A stretch of DNA of 64,000 bases from Obrimoposthia wandeli. Taxonomy: Eukaryota. The notes beneath the pieces are model-generated. The model was not told the DNA's origin, ran no database searches, and was given only the letters and a program-made list of their open reading frames with translations. Shown piece by piece: positions 63,074 through 64,000 of the stretch. Made by a program: the position numbers and the translations under genes. How positions within the stretch are numbered: position 1 is the stretch's first letter; every line of letters starts with the position of its first letter. The stretch lies in NCBI GenBank assembly GCA_977020255.1, contig CDROCS010001029.1, positions 1 through 64,000 of the forward strand, read 5' to 3'.

Positions 63074-64000
63074 GTTAGAGCCGATATACGCTTGTTTCAC
63101 AAATTGGCTACTTGAGAATTTTGAGAATTCCAAATTTCAATCTATTAATATCTTATTTTTGTAGCATAATCCTGCTAATCACTTTTGATAATTTTATATA
63201 GCATATTTTTGAACTAAAATACATAATATTGGCCAAAATGCGATTGGCTAAACGGGCACGCACAAAAGGAATACTAATCACAATAAAGATTTTTATGATC
63301 TTTGATACGAAAAGTTGATTTGTACAAACAGGATTAGCACATAACCTGGTTCAAATATAGTGAAATCGACTCCAATACGCAATTAAAAGTAGTCTCTTGA
63401 CATAACTTTAAAGGGTTCATCAGAAAAGTGACTTATTCTGACAACCTAACTTTAATTATCTACAATTATTGATGAATACAAAGATAGTCCAAAAGCTTAT
63501 CAAATACGGAATATAGTCATTATATGTGTTTGCAAAATCGTTACATTGTAAAATGTTAGTATCAAAACTATTCATTAAAAACAGTTATTTATAAAATGAA
63601 TACTTTTACTAATGCTGTATTTGGTCATTTTTACGCATAGCTAATTAATCGAATCAAATAAAAAAATCCAGAAATCTCTTCCTGTTGGATGGATGGATAT
63701 TTGTTTAGGTTTCTTTCAACTGTAAAATCAGTGTAAATCCAAATGTTCTATACATGGAATAGTTATGCATCTATTAAACACGTAAATGAGTTGTGTGTTA
63801 AGAAATAATTTCGTATTTGAATTTGAGAATTTGAGTTGAATAATTTTCATTTTTCTCAAATGTTTCAAGTGATGCTTTAATTCAAACTAAGGATTCTGAG
63901 GATAATTGTAACTCGAAAATATTTATTCGTGATACAAAAACAAATGGCTGAGGATGACCTTCAATATATTTTTAACCGGCGTGGGCATTATAAATCTACA

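Overview
AT-rich eukaryotic (animal) genomic DNA. It looks flatworm/planarian-like, but that is inference. Bases 1-13981 are the 3' ~14 kb of a very large Ty3/gypsy LTR retrotransposon whose 5' end lies outside the window. Its + strand order is: aspartic protease 1, an IAP-like BIR-BIR-RING module, aspartic protease 2, RT, RNase H, integrase, then ~7 kb of tightly packed accessory ORFs, then a 1814-bp 3' LTR (12168-13981). The accessory ORFs are a catalytically intact dual-specificity phosphatase, a tandem pseudophosphatase, membrane proteins, orphans and three RING-H2 proteins. Several accessory ATGs sit 0-2 nt after a 3' splice acceptor. The LTR carries a 23-bp tandem array and an array of 12 co-varying hairpins with unique spacers. 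Two related solo LTRs (27140-28800 and 46683-48078, - strand, 4-bp TSDs) carry different arrays at the equivalent position. The rest of the window is a 15-exon leishmanolysin/invadolysin (M8 peptidase) gene (15559 to ~54897) and the first two exons of a tandem paralogue (61059-63073). Introns and the intergenic gap hold hAT, Tc1/mariner, piggyBac, pogo, LINE and Polinton relics and a hammerhead-ribozyme-like motif. All protein assignments are manual motif recognition; no database searches were run.
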